Shown here: one piece after another, positions 10,495 through 21,415 of the stretch | How the letters are laid out: each line of letters starts with the position of its first letter | Position numbering within the stretch: position 1 is the first letter of the stretch | Origin: Sedimentisphaerales bacterium | GTDB taxonomy: Bacteria > Planctomycetota > Phycisphaerae > Sedimentisphaerales > SM23-30 | NCBI GenBank assembly: GCA_963666285.1 | Contig: OY762711.1 | Length of the DNA: 64,000 nucleotides | Reading direction: 5' to 3' (one strand) | The notes under the pieces: generated by a model | Seen by the model: the letters and a program-made list of their open reading frames with translations, nothing else | Databases searched by the model: none | What the model was told of the DNA's origin: nothing | Program-made: the position numbers and the translations under genes

Positions 10495-10599
10495 TTTTGT
10501 CTCCTGTTATCTGGAAAGTAATTATAGATAACAGTTTAACAGTCGTCTAGGAAAATAAAGAAGCTGTGTGTGACAATGAATTTTCAGAGGTTGCCTTAC

Positions 10600-11151
10600 T
10601 TATGTCTTCCATTTGATATTGCAGCCCATGGAAGGCCTTTGCGGCTCAGGAACAGGCTTATTCTGAAGCAGGGCATCAACAGCTGCTGTCAGATCTTCTC
10701 CGGTTACTGGAATCTCAGATCCTGGCCGGCTGTCGCAGAACTGACCGCGATAAACCAGCTTATGAGAACTATCATACAGGAAAAAGTCCGGTGTACATGC
10801 TGCCTGGTAACTTTTGGCGACCTCCTGGGATTCGTCATAGAGATAAGGGAAGCTATAGTCGTACCTTACAGCGTCTTCTTTCATTTTTGCCGGACTGTCT
10901 TCCGGGTAGCTCTCTGCATCATTACTATTGATTCCTATTACAGACAAACCCTTAGCCTGGAACGATTTAACAGCTTCAACCAGCTTTTCCCTGATATGGA
11001 TTACAAATGGACAATGATTACACATGAAAATCACCAGCAGCGGTTTTCCTTCATAATCACTCTTTGAGATTATTTCGCCTGATATGTCCGGCAGGGCAAA
11101 ATCAGGTGCCGATGCGCCTAGTGGCTGCATTGTTGATAGTGTTTTTACCAT
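10600..11151 (-). CDS. Thioredoxin-fold AhpC/TSA-like protein
   Basis: APDFALPD, FMCNHCPFV, AACTPDFF, GCNIKW. Confidence 0.9.
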   Translation of the reverse strand: MVKTLSTMQPLGASAPDFALPDISGEIISKSDYEGKPLLVIFMCNHCPFVIHIREKLVEAVKSFQAKGLSVIGINSNDAESYPEDSPAKMKEDAVRYDYSFPYLYDESQEVAKSYQAACTPDFFLYDSSHKLVYRGQFCDSRPGSEIPVTGEDLTAAVDALLQNKPVPEPQRPSMGCNIKWKT

Positions 11152-11460
11152 GTTTATACCTCCATGGGATTATATGGTTTATTGTAGTTTTTTACCACAT
11201 TATAGCCATTTCTATGAAGTTAAATCCAAAACACAGTAGCTTTTCATCGTTTTTGGGAGGTATAGTACTGTATGTTGTGCATTTCAACACAATTAAAATT
11301 TGGAATCAGGCGGATAAATATTATTAAATAAAACAGACTTTTATTCGAGTTGAATCGTATCTTTTAATGGCTGGAAACCGACATTTTTTGTGTTTTGTAA
11401 TTTTGTGTTTTATAAAGACTTACGATAGTTAAAAACTGTTGATTTGCTGCTAGAATATGA

Positions 11461-11489
11461 TTGCTGGATATAGGTGTTTCTGGTATAAT
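11461..11489 (+). promoter_or_regulatory. sigma70 promoter of gyrA (extended -10)
   Basis: TTGCTG-N17-TATAAT with TG extension (TGGTATAAT). Confidence 0.55.
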
Positions 11490-11548
11490 TACGGGACTTT
11501 GAATAATAGAAGAAAGCTTACTGGAAATATTACGACAAGAGACCAATT

Positions 11549-14215
11549 ATGGCAGATGATAAAATAGAAAATTCACCTGAGGATCAGCATGATGACGATG
11601 ATCTGCAGGTGGCGGAAGGCCAGGATTTAACTGGCAGAGTTGAAGATCAGTCAATTCTTGATGAATTGAAGGATTCATATCTGAATTATGCGATGAGCGT
11701 TATTGTCAGTCGTGCTTTACCTGACGTTCGAGATGGTTTGAAACCATCCCAGCGACGTATCCTGGTAGCTATGAATGATTTGAACCTTGGACCTCGTGCA
11801 AAACACAGAAAATGTGCCAAGATTGCCGGTGATACCAGTGGTAATTACCATCCTCACGGTGAAGCGGTGGTTTATCCTACCCTGGTGCGTATGGGCCAGA
11901 AATGGAATATGAGCCAGACTTTGATCGACCCGCAGGGTAATTTCGGCTCGATTGATGGTGACCCGCCGGCTGCTATGCGTTATACCGAAGCACGTATGAC
12001 ATCAGCGGCCTCTGATATGCTCGTTGACCTCAAGCAGGACACAGTTAATTTCGTCGTTAACTATGATGAAACAATAACTGAGCCGGTGGTTTTGCCAAGT
12101 AAGTTTCCTAATTTACTTGTGAATGGCTCAACTGGTATTGCTGTTGGTATGGCAACCAGCATGCCTCCTCATAATCCGTCAGAGGTTTGCGATGCGTTGA
12201 TTCGTATGATTGATAATCCTCATTGTTCTCTGGCTGATATTATGGAAGTTTTGCCTGGTCCGGACTTCCCGACCGGCGGTGTTATTTGTGGCCGCAAGGG
12301 TATTATTGACGGATATAAGACTGGTCGTGGATTGTTAACACTACGCGGTAAAATACGTGTTGAAGATCGCAAACGCAAACAGGTTATTATTGTCGACGAG
12401 ATTCCTTATCAGGTTGTTAAAAGTAATATCGTTACCAAGATTGCAGAATGTGTTAATAGTGGTTTGATCCCGGAAATATCTGATGTTCGTGACGAATCTG
12501 ACCGTAACGGTTTGCGCATCGTTGTTGAACTTCGCAAAGATGCTGACTCGGATATTGTTATTAATCAATTGTATAAATATACTCAACTGCAGAATACTTT
12601 CAGTATTATAAATATTGCCCTGGTTAATGGGCGACCGCAAACCCTGGGTGTACTCGATTTATTAAGACTTTATATTGAACATCGCAAAGAGGTAATTACT
12701 CGCAGGACTATTTTCCTGTTGAAAAAAGCAAAAGCCAGGGCTCATTTAATTGAAGGCTTGCTATTGGCCTTGAGCGATATTGATGAAATAATCGAGATTA
12801 TCAAGGCTTCAGCCAGTCCGGCTGAGGCTAAAGCTAATCTTATGAAAAAGCCGCTGAAACTTATGGAGCATAATACGCTCAAGCGGCTGCTTCCTGAAGA
12901 GTTTGTTTCTGAAAAATCCTCTTCTGACCAATATTTGTCAGGTCCGCAGACTGATGCTATCCTGGCAATGCAGCTGCAGCGTCTGACAGGGCTGGAAGTT
13001 GAAAAACTCGCTAAGGAATTCGCTGGCCTGCTGGAAGAGATTGCCGGATACGAAGCTATCTTGAGCAACGAAAGTCTGCTCATGGATATCATTCGTGAAG
13101 ATCTTCAGGAAATGAAATCCAAGTATAGTGTACCTCGCAGAAGTGAGATCACAGATGCTGCCGGTATTGATTTTGATATCGAAGATTTGATACCGGACGA
13201 AGACGTTGTTGTAACTATTAGCCATAATGGTTATATCAAACGCATGCCGATTGATACCTATCGCAGTCAGGGACGCGGCGGTCGTGGTATCATGGGCGGC
13301 AGTGCCAAGGATGATGACTTCATCGAGCATCTTTTCGTTGCCAGTACCCACGCTTATCTTTGCTGTTTTACCAGCAAGGGCCGTTGCCACTGGCTGAGAG
13401 TATACAATATTCCTGAAATGTCTCGGCAGAGCAGGGGACGCAACCTTGCCAACCTGGTTGAGATGGCCAAGGAAGAAAAGATAACTGAGATTCTTCCTGT
13501 TAAGGATTTTGATGAAGGGTTCGTCATTTTTGCTACTCGCATGGGCTATATCAAGAAAACAGCTCTCAGTGCATATGGCAATATCCGTAAGGCCGGTGTT
13601 AATGCCATTACTCTCGAAGAGAATGACGACCTGATTGGAACACGCATCATCAAGGGCGGCGAAGATATTATTCTGGGAACTGCCAATGGTATGGCGATAC
13701 GTTTCAAGGAAGAAAATGTCCGGGAAATGGGCCGTACCGCTCGAGGTGTTCGTGGTATCAAGCTGAAAGGTAAAGATGAAGTGGTTGATATGGTTACAAC
13801 CGGTCAGGGCGAATCGCTTTTGACTGTGTGCGAGAAGGGCTTTGGTAAACGTACCGCTCTTGATGATTATCGTACTCAGGGTCGCGGCGGTAGTGGTCTT
13901 ATCAATATTAAATGCAGCGAACGTAACGGGCAGGTAATTGGTCTAAAGGCTGTTAGTGATGATGATGACCTGATGCTTATTAGCTCGCGTGGTATTATTA
14001 TGCGAACCGGACTTGAAGCCTTGCGTGATATCGGTAGAAACACTCAGGGTGTCAAACTTATTCGTCTGGATGAAGGTGACACTGTTGTTGCGGTTGCAAG
14101 GGTTGAAAAAGCGGAAGAAGACCCCGAAGACTTATCTGACGCAAGTGCTGAACCATCGGATACTGTTGAAACTCCTGAAAGTGACAACAATAGCGACAGT
14201 GATTCAAAAGAATAA
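11549..14215 (+). CDS. gyrA: DNA gyrase subunit A
   Basis: [18 protein letters not shown], catalytic AAMRYTE, GyrA-box-like QGRGGRG, C-terminal beta-pinwheel repeats, acidic tail. Confidence 0.97.
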   Translation: MADDKIENSPEDQHDDDDLQVAEGQDLTGRVEDQSILDELKDSYLNYAMSVIVSRALPDVRDGLKPSQRRILVAMNDLNLGPRAKHRKCAKIAGDTSGNYHPHGEAVVYPTLVRMGQKWNMSQTLIDPQGNFGSIDGDPPAAMRYTEARMTSAASDMLVDLKQDTVNFVVNYDETITEPVVLPSKFPNLLVNGSTGIAVGMATSMPPHNPSEVCDALIRMIDNPHCSLADIMEVLPGPDFPTGGVICGRKGIIDGYKTGRGLLTLRGKIRVEDRKRKQVIIVDEIPYQVVKSNIVTKIAECVNSGLIPEISDVRDESDRNGLRIVVELRKDADSDIVINQLYKYTQLQNTFSIINIALVNGRPQTLGVLDLLRLYIEHRKEVITRRTIFLLKKAKARAHLIEGLLLALSDIDEIIEIIKASASPAEAKANLMKKPLKLMEHNTLKRLLPEEFVSEKSSSDQYLSGPQTDAILAMQLQRLTGLEVEKLAKEFAGLLEEIAGYEAILSNESLLMDIIREDLQEMKSKYSVPRRSEITDAAGIDFDIEDLIPDEDVVVTISHNGYIKRMPIDTYRSQGRGGRGIMGGSAKDDDFIEHLFVASTHAYLCCFTSKGRCHWLRVYNIPEMSRQSRGRNLANLVEMAKEEKITEILPVKDFDEGFVIFATRMGYIKKTALSAYGNIRKAGVNAITLEENDDLIGTRIIKGGEDIILGTANGMAIRFKEENVREMGRTARGVRGIKLKGKDEVVDMVTTGQGESLLTVCEKGFGKRTALDDYRTQGRGGSGLINIKCSERNGQVIGLKAVSDDDDLMLISSRGIIMRTGLEALRDIGRNTQGVKLIRLDEGDTVVAVARVEKAEEDPEDLSDASAEPSDTVETPESDNNSDSDSKE

Positions 14216-14238
14216 GATCTTTTTTTGATAACATTCCC

Positions 14239-14273
14239 AAAGGCCAGGTTGTATTTTCTTCCTGGCCTTTTTT
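14239..14273 (+). terminator. Intrinsic terminator of gyrA
   Basis: AAGGCCAGG...CCTGGCCTT followed by a T run. Confidence 0.7.
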
Positions 14274-14413
14274 ATTTCTGTATATTAAGAGTGCAAGGAT
14301 AACAAGGAAGATTCATGCAATTATAATGATATATTGCATGAAAATAATATGATTATCCTAAACTGCTATAAGCTTAAAGTATTGTAAAACATCAAGCTCT
14401 AATGTACAGTAGA

Positions 14414-15607
14414 TTAAGCAAGTTGTATTTCGGTCTCTTTGACATCTTCTACTGCTATTTTATAAAGATGTTCATAACTATCCAGAAATGCCGTTACAAT
14501 TACAGGATCAAAATGTTTACCAGACTCTTCATTTATCATTGATTTTGCAACTTCCGGTTGAAAGGCTGCTTTATATACCCTGACAGATGTAAGTGCATCG
14601 AAAACGTCAGCTAATGCAGTTATTCTGGCTGCAAGTGGAATTTCATTTCCTTGGAGCCCGGCCATATATCCCTGGCCATTATACCTTTCATGATGATATC
14701 TGGCTATATCTACAGCCATTTTCAGGAATGATTCGCTTGACTTTTCATTTCGGATAGTTTTTTCAAGTGCTTTAGCGCCAATTATAACATGTTCTTTCAT
14801 CAGGTTGAACTCGTGGTCTGTTAGTCCACCGGGTTTTAGTAGAATTGAGTCTGGAATCCCAACCTTACCAATATCATGTAATGGGGTAGAACGATATAAA
14901 TTATCAAGGAATAGGTCGTCTATCTGGTCAGAATATTCGCTATTGTCTCTAAGCTGTCTGGCTATAATATCACAATATGATCGAAGCCGTATTAAGTGTT
15001 CACCTGTTTCAGGGTCGCGTGATTCTGCCAGGTTTGCTAAGGCAAAAACAGCGGCATCCTGTGTTCGTGAAATCTGTTCTGTTCTTTCCTTCACCATTGA
15101 ATCCAGGTGATTAACAACAAACCATTTTTCTGTTAATGCCAGGGCTATTTGACGTATTTCCGTTGGGTCGAAAGGTTTTTTCAAAATTAGCAATCTATCA
15201 TTTTGACCTAACTTGCTTATAGTCTCCTGCCAGCTATAATCTGAATATGCAGTGCATATAACAACTTGTAATCGAGAATCATGTTGCCAAAGATGTTGAA
15301 TTGTTTCAAGTCCGTCCCAGCCGGGCGGCATTCGCATATCGACAAAAGCTAATGAATATGGTTTGTTCTCACTCAAAGATTTTTTTAATTGCTCCAATCC
15401 ATCCTGTCCTTGAAATGCTGAATCTATTATATATTCCGGCATGACAAATGTGTTAGTCTCATTGTCTCCGAAAAGTGCTGCTTTTGCCTGATTCTTTTTG
15501 CTGGAACAACTGCTGATTTTAGGGCAGAGAATTTCTTTTATGTCATTATGTATTTTTTCATTGTCGTCAATGACAAGAATTCGTCTTGTCTGGTCTGAAA
15601 ATTTCAT
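14414..15607 (-). CDS. Response regulator with HD-GYP-type phosphodiesterase domain
   Basis: ILVIDD, FVDMRMPPG, LKKPF receiver motifs; ESRDPETGEH, LHDIGK, HHERYNGQGY, ADVFDAL. Confidence 0.9.
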   Translation of the reverse strand: MKFSDQTRRILVIDDNEKIHNDIKEILCPKISSCSSKKNQAKAALFGDNETNTFVMPEYIIDSAFQGQDGLEQLKKSLSENKPYSLAFVDMRMPPGWDGLETIQHLWQHDSRLQVVICTAYSDYSWQETISKLGQNDRLLILKKPFDPTEIRQIALALTEKWFVVNHLDSMVKERTEQISRTQDAAVFALANLAESRDPETGEHLIRLRSYCDIIARQLRDNSEYSDQIDDLFLDNLYRSTPLHDIGKVGIPDSILLKPGGLTDHEFNLMKEHVIIGAKALEKTIRNEKSSESFLKMAVDIARYHHERYNGQGYMAGLQGNEIPLAARITALADVFDALTSVRVYKAAFQPEVAKSMINEESGKHFDPVIVTAFLDSYEHLYKIAVEDVKETEIQLA

Positions 15608-15643
15608 GTTGTTTTCCCTCGATGATGTTTATTCCCTGATTAG

Positions 15644-17092
15644 TTAATGTGTTTTACTTTCATTTACCAGTTTTAACGGCAGTCTTAGTTTGAAGTTTGC
15701 CCCTTTTCCTGTTCCATCGCTATGTACGCTGAGTTCGCCGCCCATTTCTTTGGCTGCCAGGGCGCCGCTGTGAAGCCCGAAACCATGTCCGTTTTTTTTG
15801 GTTGTAAAGCCATGCTGGAATATTTTCTTAAGATTTTCCTGAGATATTCCTTCACCATTATCTTGTACTTCTACACAGAAGAAATTATCCGAGGTTGAAT
15901 ATAGTTTTAGTTTTATCCACCTGTTTTCGTTATTGTTTGCTGAAGCAGCATATTTTGCATTGTTTATTAAATTTACTAGTATCTGCAAAACCTTCTGCTT
16001 ATCAATCATTACGGTATCAATGTCTTCAAGTTGTTTGATTAGTTCTACTTTATGACGGGTTAATGCTGCAGAATTGATATTGATTGCGTCTTCCACGATA
16101 TCTTGAAGTGATGTTTCAATCTGGAAGTTTGAAGATTTTGCATAATTCTGCTGAGTTGATATTACTTCCTTGATGTGATCAATATATTTCTTTAAGGCCG
16201 ATATTTTCTCAAGGATATTACTTTGCTGACCGCTAAGTTCACAGCCTACTTCATCGAGATATGGTAAGATAAACTTACCTTTCTCGTCCACATGAAAAAA
16301 GTCGCCAAGTTGGGATTTATTTTCATTTAATAATTGAACGATCTTTTGAATATTGTTTACCTCAAAACTTTCTACCTGCTCGGATATTAGATTGGCAGAA
16401 ATGTTTAAGCTGTTCAGTACATTGCCGACATTATGCAATACATCTGTCGCTACTTCTGCCATACCGGCACGGTGAGAGGCTTCAAGCAGATCTTTTTGTG
16501 CGTATTCAAGCTCTTTAGTTCGTTTGGCTATCTGCTTTTCCAGTCTTTCGTTATATTTTCTTACTTGTTCATCTTCTATTTGCCGTTTTACCATTTGTTG
16601 TTTTTGATCGGTAACAACACGGTCGGACAATACTATCATGTGGCATTGTGCCTGAAGCAGGTCAAATGAACTCAATAATTTTGCCTGGTTGTCAGGGAAG
16701 TTAACCAGGATTGGTTCCTTGGCTTCTTTTTCATCACGAGAAAATGCTATTTGTGCTGCCTGCCTTATCGGCATATCGTGAGGAAGTACCAGGAAATCAT
16801 AATTGTATATTGAGATGATTTTATAAGCAGGCCTTTTATAGAATATGGCATATCCAAAACGTTTAGCCAATACTTCATGAAAAAATTCTCTTGATAAAAC
16901 ACCTGTAATTTTGTTTTCCTTGGTAAGTATAACACCGGGTGTGTGATGGTTATCTCTGAAAATATCTGCGATTATTCTGCTTGGTGTGTCGTATTGTATC
17001 TGGCAATCGTGTAAAGTCAGATCTGATAGTGTTGACTCAATTGAAAGATATTCTAAGCCGCTTGTTTCATTTTGATTGAGAAATATAACCAT
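15644..17092 (-). CDS. Cytoplasmic sensor histidine kinase with N-terminal CBS-like region
   Basis: H-box VLHNVGN, N-box NLINNA, DNGEG, FTTK, GHGFGL; no hydrophobic TM segment; start placed at ATG 17092. Confidence 0.88.
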   Translation of the reverse strand: MVIFLNQNETSGLEYLSIESTLSDLTLHDCQIQYDTPSRIIADIFRDNHHTPGVILTKENKITGVLSREFFHEVLAKRFGYAIFYKRPAYKIISIYNYDFLVLPHDMPIRQAAQIAFSRDEKEAKEPILVNFPDNQAKLLSSFDLLQAQCHMIVLSDRVVTDQKQQMVKRQIEDEQVRKYNERLEKQIAKRTKELEYAQKDLLEASHRAGMAEVATDVLHNVGNVLNSLNISANLISEQVESFEVNNIQKIVQLLNENKSQLGDFFHVDEKGKFILPYLDEVGCELSGQQSNILEKISALKKYIDHIKEVISTQQNYAKSSNFQIETSLQDIVEDAININSAALTRHKVELIKQLEDIDTVMIDKQKVLQILVNLINNAKYAASANNNENRWIKLKLYSTSDNFFCVEVQDNGEGISQENLKKIFQHGFTTKKNGHGFGLHSGALAAKEMGGELSVHSDGTGKGANFKLRLPLKLVNESKTH

Positions 17093-17534
17093 ACTCTTCT
17101 TTTCTCTGCGATGCAAATAACCATTTATTTTTCAAGCTGTCATATAAAACTACAATATTGTATTCGGTTACATATAAATGAAACTTAATATTTGCAATTG
17201 TTAATTTTAGGTTAGAATGGTTTTATTGGACTAAATATTGATGATTTGTTAAAGAGTGTCAAGATGCAGATTCTTAAGGATGGTAATTGCAGAGATGTTA
17301 GAATTAAAAGTATTAGATAAGGATAAGGCCTGGGGATGTTAATACATAACCTGATTTAATAATGTAAATTTCTATATTTGTCTGTGCTATAGCTATTGTC
17401 AGGAGCAGTTATTGTTAGTTTTACTTTTTTTGTATATGTTTTATATTATTTTAGAGCATATAAGGGATTTAGATGATCTAATGACGTTTAAATTTGTTCA
17501 TAAGCGTCTATAGTAGTTGATTTTAGTTCTTTTA

Positions 17535-17663
17535 ATGTTACAAAAATCGCCTAAAAGGGCTCGTATAAATTTTTTCCTGGTTGTTTTTTTGATTAGTGTT
17601 GCTTTGATATGTAATGGCTGTTCCGTTAACATGCAGGGGTTGCCGGTGCCGATTCCGTGTTAG
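17535..17663 (+). CDS. Putative 42-aa small lipoprotein
   Basis: MLQKSPKRARINFFLVVFLISVALICNGCSVNMQGLPVPIPC: basic N-region, hydrophobic core, lipobox-like ICNG|C; no clear RBS. Confidence 0.35.
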   Translation: MLQKSPKRARINFFLVVFLISVALICNGCSVNMQGLPVPIPC

Positions 17664-17729
17664 TGTTACAAGCTGACAGGTAGTCAGGGCATCTTAATTT
17701 ATCAGAAATACTGCAATAAATATTTTTTT

Positions 17730-17757
17730 TGTAACAAAATGTGTCATTTTTCGTCTA
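17730..17757 (+). promoter_or_regulatory. ECF sigma-type promoter
   Basis: TGTAAC-N16-CGTCTA about 50 bp upstream of the gene at 17805. Confidence 0.45.
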
Positions 17758-17804
17758 TAGTATAGAAAAGTATGTTTATAAAAATTTAATTGAGAGGCTC
17801 TTTT

Positions 17805-18305
17805 ATGAAAAAATACGTTAGAAGCATGGTAATTTTTGTTTTTCTGGTTAGTATATCATTGGCTTGCAGCGGGTGTTGGACTGCGGTAGGTGCTATAATT
17901 GGTCATCAGTCTGGTGAACTGTTGGCAGGTGCTTTGATTGGTGCCGGCATTGATGTTGGTATCGGCCTGGCAGAAGAAGCTGACAGGCAGTCTGAAGACC
18001 TGGTTATTGAGTCAGAAAAAGGAAAAATCTATGCTAAAATTACTTGTAACGGCGCTGAGCTGATAAAGTCTATCGAAGAGGCATTTGACGGCGAAGGTTG
18101 GCAGTATACGCTTGAGGTCAAAAAGGTCAGGAAGAATCAGGATTCTGAAGCTCGCTGGAAAATTGGAAATGAATCAGAAATTTCAATTAAAGTTCAAAAG
18201 AATAAACTGAAATTGAATATTAAAGCTGATAATAAAGATACGAGAATGGAATTCACTGATAAACTTGCGGAACTTTTGAAAGATAAATTCAAATCTGCAA
18301 ATTAA
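17805..18305 (+). CDS. Hypothetical lipoprotein with glycine-zipper segment
   Basis: GAGG RBS; lipobox LACSG|C; GAIIG...GALIGAG glycine zipper. Confidence 0.7.
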   Translation: MKKYVRSMVIFVFLVSISLACSGCWTAVGAIIGHQSGELLAGALIGAGIDVGIGLAEEADRQSEDLVIESEKGKIYAKITCNGAELIKSIEEAFDGEGWQYTLEVKKVRKNQDSEARWKIGNESEISIKVQKNKLKLNIKADNKDTRMEFTDKLAELLKDKFKSAN

Positions 18306-18336
18306 ATTGTGATTACATTGTAAACAATATTCGAGA

Positions 18337-18372
18337 AAAAAAGCCTGCTGGAACGATCGTCCGGCAGGCTTT
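18337..18372. terminator. Bidirectional terminator
   Basis: AAAGCCTGCTGGA...TCCGGCAGGCTTT between convergent genes. Confidence 0.7.
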
Positions 18373-18393
18373 GTATTATTACAGTTATTCTTA

Positions 18394-19032
18394 TTATGCA
18401 ACGTTAATTAGCTCTTTGGCCAGGTCAACGGCACTGGCTGCATCTTCTGAGTAGCCGCTGGCACCGATCTTATCGCAGTACTCCTGGGTTACCGGGGCGC
18501 CGCCTATCATAATTTTTATATCAACACCAGCTTCTTTAAATGCTTTTACTGTTGCTTCCATCATAGGCATTGTTGTTGTCAGCAGTGCAGAAAGTCCTAC
18601 CGCCTGGGCTTCGTGCTCTTTGGCCGCGGTTACAAAGGCCTCCGGAGCAACATCTGTTCCAAGATCGATAACATTGAATCCGGCACCCTTGAGCATCATA
18701 ATCACCAGGTTTTTTCCAATATCATGCAAGTCGCCTTTAACTGTGCCAAACACGATATTTCCCAGTGGCTTGACACCGGCTTCTACAAGTTTAGGCTCCA
18801 GCAGAACCATTGCGGTTTTCATGGCTCGAGCTGCTATCAATACCTCAGGTACATATACTTCATTTTTCTTGAACGCTTCGCCTACCACGGCCATACCGGA
18901 TATAAGTCCATCATTTAGGATAACTTCAGGTGCTGTATTTTCTGCAATAGCCTGTTCTGTTATTTCTTTGGCCAGGTTTTGGTTACCTTTGATTATGGCG
19001 TTTTTTAAGGCTTCTAAGTCTGCCATGAGCAT
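18394..19032 (-). CDS. Stand-alone cobalamin-binding (corrinoid) protein
   Basis: Cap domain YVPEVL; GDLHDIGKNLV (DxHxxG), SALLTTT, GGAP. Confidence 0.93.
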   Translation of the reverse strand: MLMADLEALKNAIIKGNQNLAKEITEQAIAENTAPEVILNDGLISGMAVVGEAFKKNEVYVPEVLIAARAMKTAMVLLEPKLVEAGVKPLGNIVFGTVKGDLHDIGKNLVIMMLKGAGFNVIDLGTDVAPEAFVTAAKEHEAQAVGLSALLTTTMPMMEATVKAFKEAGVDIKIMIGGAPVTQEYCDKIGASGYSEDAASAVDLAKELINVA

Positions 19033-19113
19033 ATTCCTTACAAATAATATTATTCTGTCTTGTTATAAGAACAGAGATTATATCTGATTTCATGTTCAAT
19101 CTGTACTATAAAA

Positions 19114-20124
19114 TTAGCGTTTCGTACGTGGATCTAAGGCATCTCTCATACCGTCACCTATAAAATTCAGGCACAAAAGGGTTATCGCCAGGAACCCGCT
19201 GGGAAATACCACCATCCACCAGAAGCTCTCCACTGTGTTGATCGCTTTTACTGATTCACCTGCCAGGGAGCCCCATGTCGGCATCGGTGCCTGAATTCCA
19301 AGTCCGATAAAACTCAAAAACGATTCCTGTAAAATTGCCTGCGGTACAGTAAGTGTGGCATAAACAATGATTGGGCCTGCCAGATTGGGGATCAGATGCT
19401 TCATAAATATCTTCCAGGTTGGCAGCCCGATCGCGCGAGATGCTTCAATAAATGGCAAGGATTTCAATGATAGTACCTGGCCTCTTATCACACGGGCCAT
19501 GGTTAGCCAGCTTATTCCTCCGATTGCCGCAAATAAAATTGAAACATTTGCTATGTGTTCTGCGTGCCTGGTGATAACTCCGGCAAATCTGCTCAAAAAT
19601 GCTTCCGGATTATTTGCATTTGCCATCATGTGAGCTGCCAGGTTCAGCATATCAACTAGTTTATCTTCAAATGCTATCTTAAATAGTATTATCAGCAAGA
19701 CATACGGCAAACCGTATAAAACATCAACTATTCTCATTAGAATATTATCAACTTTGCCACCATACCATCCTGCCGTCATTCCCCATGCTGTACCTATTAC
19801 GACCGAGATTAATGCTGCGGAAAAACCGATTCCCAAACTTAAGACTCCTCCAAACAGGCATCGCCAAAGCAGGCTTCTTCCCAGGACGTCATATCCGAAT
19901 GGTGCAAATTCTTCATGGTTGATTTGAGGTGGACGTCTATTAAAATCTAAATTCTGACTGGAATATTCGACCGCGGAAGTATTTAGTGTCAACAGACATG
20001 CCAGGATAATTATAACTAGTAAAAAAAATGATATTAGTGCCGCGCGATTTTGACAAAATCTTCTGATTGCGAGTTTTGCCGGACTGGCATTTTTATAACT
20101 GTCAGGTTTTAAGGAGTTTGCCAC
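19114..20124 (-). CDS. Oligopeptide ABC transporter permease, OppC/DppC type
   Basis: FGYDVLGR, EAA-loop ARVIRGQVLSLKSLPFIEASRAIG, ESFLSFIGLG, GDGMRDALDPR. Confidence 0.9.
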   Translation of the reverse strand: MANSLKPDSYKNASPAKLAIRRFCQNRAALISFFLLVIIILACLLTLNTSAVEYSSQNLDFNRRPPQINHEEFAPFGYDVLGRSLLWRCLFGGVLSLGIGFSAALISVVIGTAWGMTAGWYGGKVDNILMRIVDVLYGLPYVLLIILFKIAFEDKLVDMLNLAAHMMANANNPEAFLSRFAGVITRHAEHIANVSILFAAIGGISWLTMARVIRGQVLSLKSLPFIEASRAIGLPTWKIFMKHLIPNLAGPIIVYATLTVPQAILQESFLSFIGLGIQAPMPTWGSLAGESVKAINTVESFWWMVVFPSGFLAITLLCLNFIGDGMRDALDPRTKR

Positions 20125-20255
20125 TATTTAGTATCTTTTTTTAGAGTATCTTTGTGTTAAACCAATCTTTAACAAAGACTTATAAATACATTATCTGCTT
20201 GGGTTTGTCAATGTTTTTTAATGTTCTATACTCAAAAAGGGCAATAATAATAGTG

Positions 20256-21002
20256 CTATGAATTATTGTGAGGTGACCTTCTGCGACTTTGCTTGCGAAT
20301 ATTTTCCAGCACTTCTGAGGTCGGCCAGTTTTCGCTTTCTGTTATACTGTCCAGTAATTCCTGGTGAGCCATGTATTTGTCTGATGGCCTGGCAGGCACG
20401 CCAACAACTGTTGTTTCTGGAAGAACATTGTCTAAGACTACTGCTCCGGCTCCAACAGTAGCACTCTGGCCTATTGTTATATTCTGTATCACTGTTGAGC
20501 CAATGCCAATAAATGCTTTTTCATGGACCAGCACATGGCCTGCCAGTTTGGTACCGGGGCAAATGTGGGCTCCCTCAGATATTAGAGATTCATGATCTAT
20601 TATGCAGCCTGTATTGCATATTACTGAATCTTCAATCTTTGCATGCGCGCAAATGTTTGCGCCTTGGGCAATTACAACATTTTTACCTACTAATGCGGTT
20701 CTTGCAATTGATGCCGAAGGATGAATTGCATTTATCAGGCTGATACCATAAGAGCTGACTATTCTCGCGAATCGGCACCGTGTTTCATTGTCACCTATTG
20801 CTACTATTGCGCCGCCGATTCCACGGCCGGCAAAGAACTCCAGTTCTGCCATATCGCCTAATACTGGTATTCCATCGATATAAGAACCATGCAGCTGACT
20901 GTTGGAATCGATAAAGCCAACAACATCAAATTGATGGTTATTTCTTAATATATCTAGTACGACCCTGCCGTGGCCGCCTGCACCAATAATAGCAATTTTC
21001 AT
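20256..21002 (-). CDS. Sugar O/N-acetyltransferase, NeuD/PglD family
   Basis: IIGAGGHG, AIGDNETR, IHPSA, IIDHES, hexapeptide repeats, VVGVPAR. Confidence 0.9.
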   Translation of the reverse strand: MKIAIIGAGGHGRVVLDILRNNHQFDVVGFIDSNSQLHGSYIDGIPVLGDMAELEFFAGRGIGGAIVAIGDNETRCRFARIVSSYGISLINAIHPSASIARTALVGKNVVIAQGANICAHAKIEDSVICNTGCIIDHESLISEGAHICPGTKLAGHVLVHEKAFIGIGSTVIQNITIGQSATVGAGAVVLDNVLPETTVVGVPARPSDKYMAHQELLDSITESENWPTSEVLENIRKQSRRRSPHNNS

Positions 21003-21415
21003 AAGGACGCCTTTATGTAAGCAGGAAGGTTGATTGCAATGGTATGCCCACTTACTGTAACTTTTTATTTGTTCCGAAAATAGTCTCTTAACATTATGTT
21101 CGTATATGTCATGTAAAAAAAGTGAATAATTTTGATTTTTTATCTTTTTTTTAGTACAAATAGAGCTTCTTTTCGTAACAATGATAATACAATAGCTCTA
21201 TTGCAGTGGTAATCAAGGTTGTGCCCTTTAACAGTACTGATAGTAAAGCTATTGTGTTTACTGTAATAGAATCGTTAATTATTGTGGTAAAATTATTTAA
21301 GGTAAATAGTAAAGCTTAAAACAGCAACTGTCGATGATAACACAGATAAACTAGGTAAATTGAATAAATACTTAGTTCGTGTATGGATTTTTAACAAAAA
21401 AACGGAAATTTCAAA

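Noticed and set aside
12840..12940. Insertion in GyrA as a possible intein
   Set aside because: About 30 aa with no splicing motifs; consistent with a lineage-specific insert
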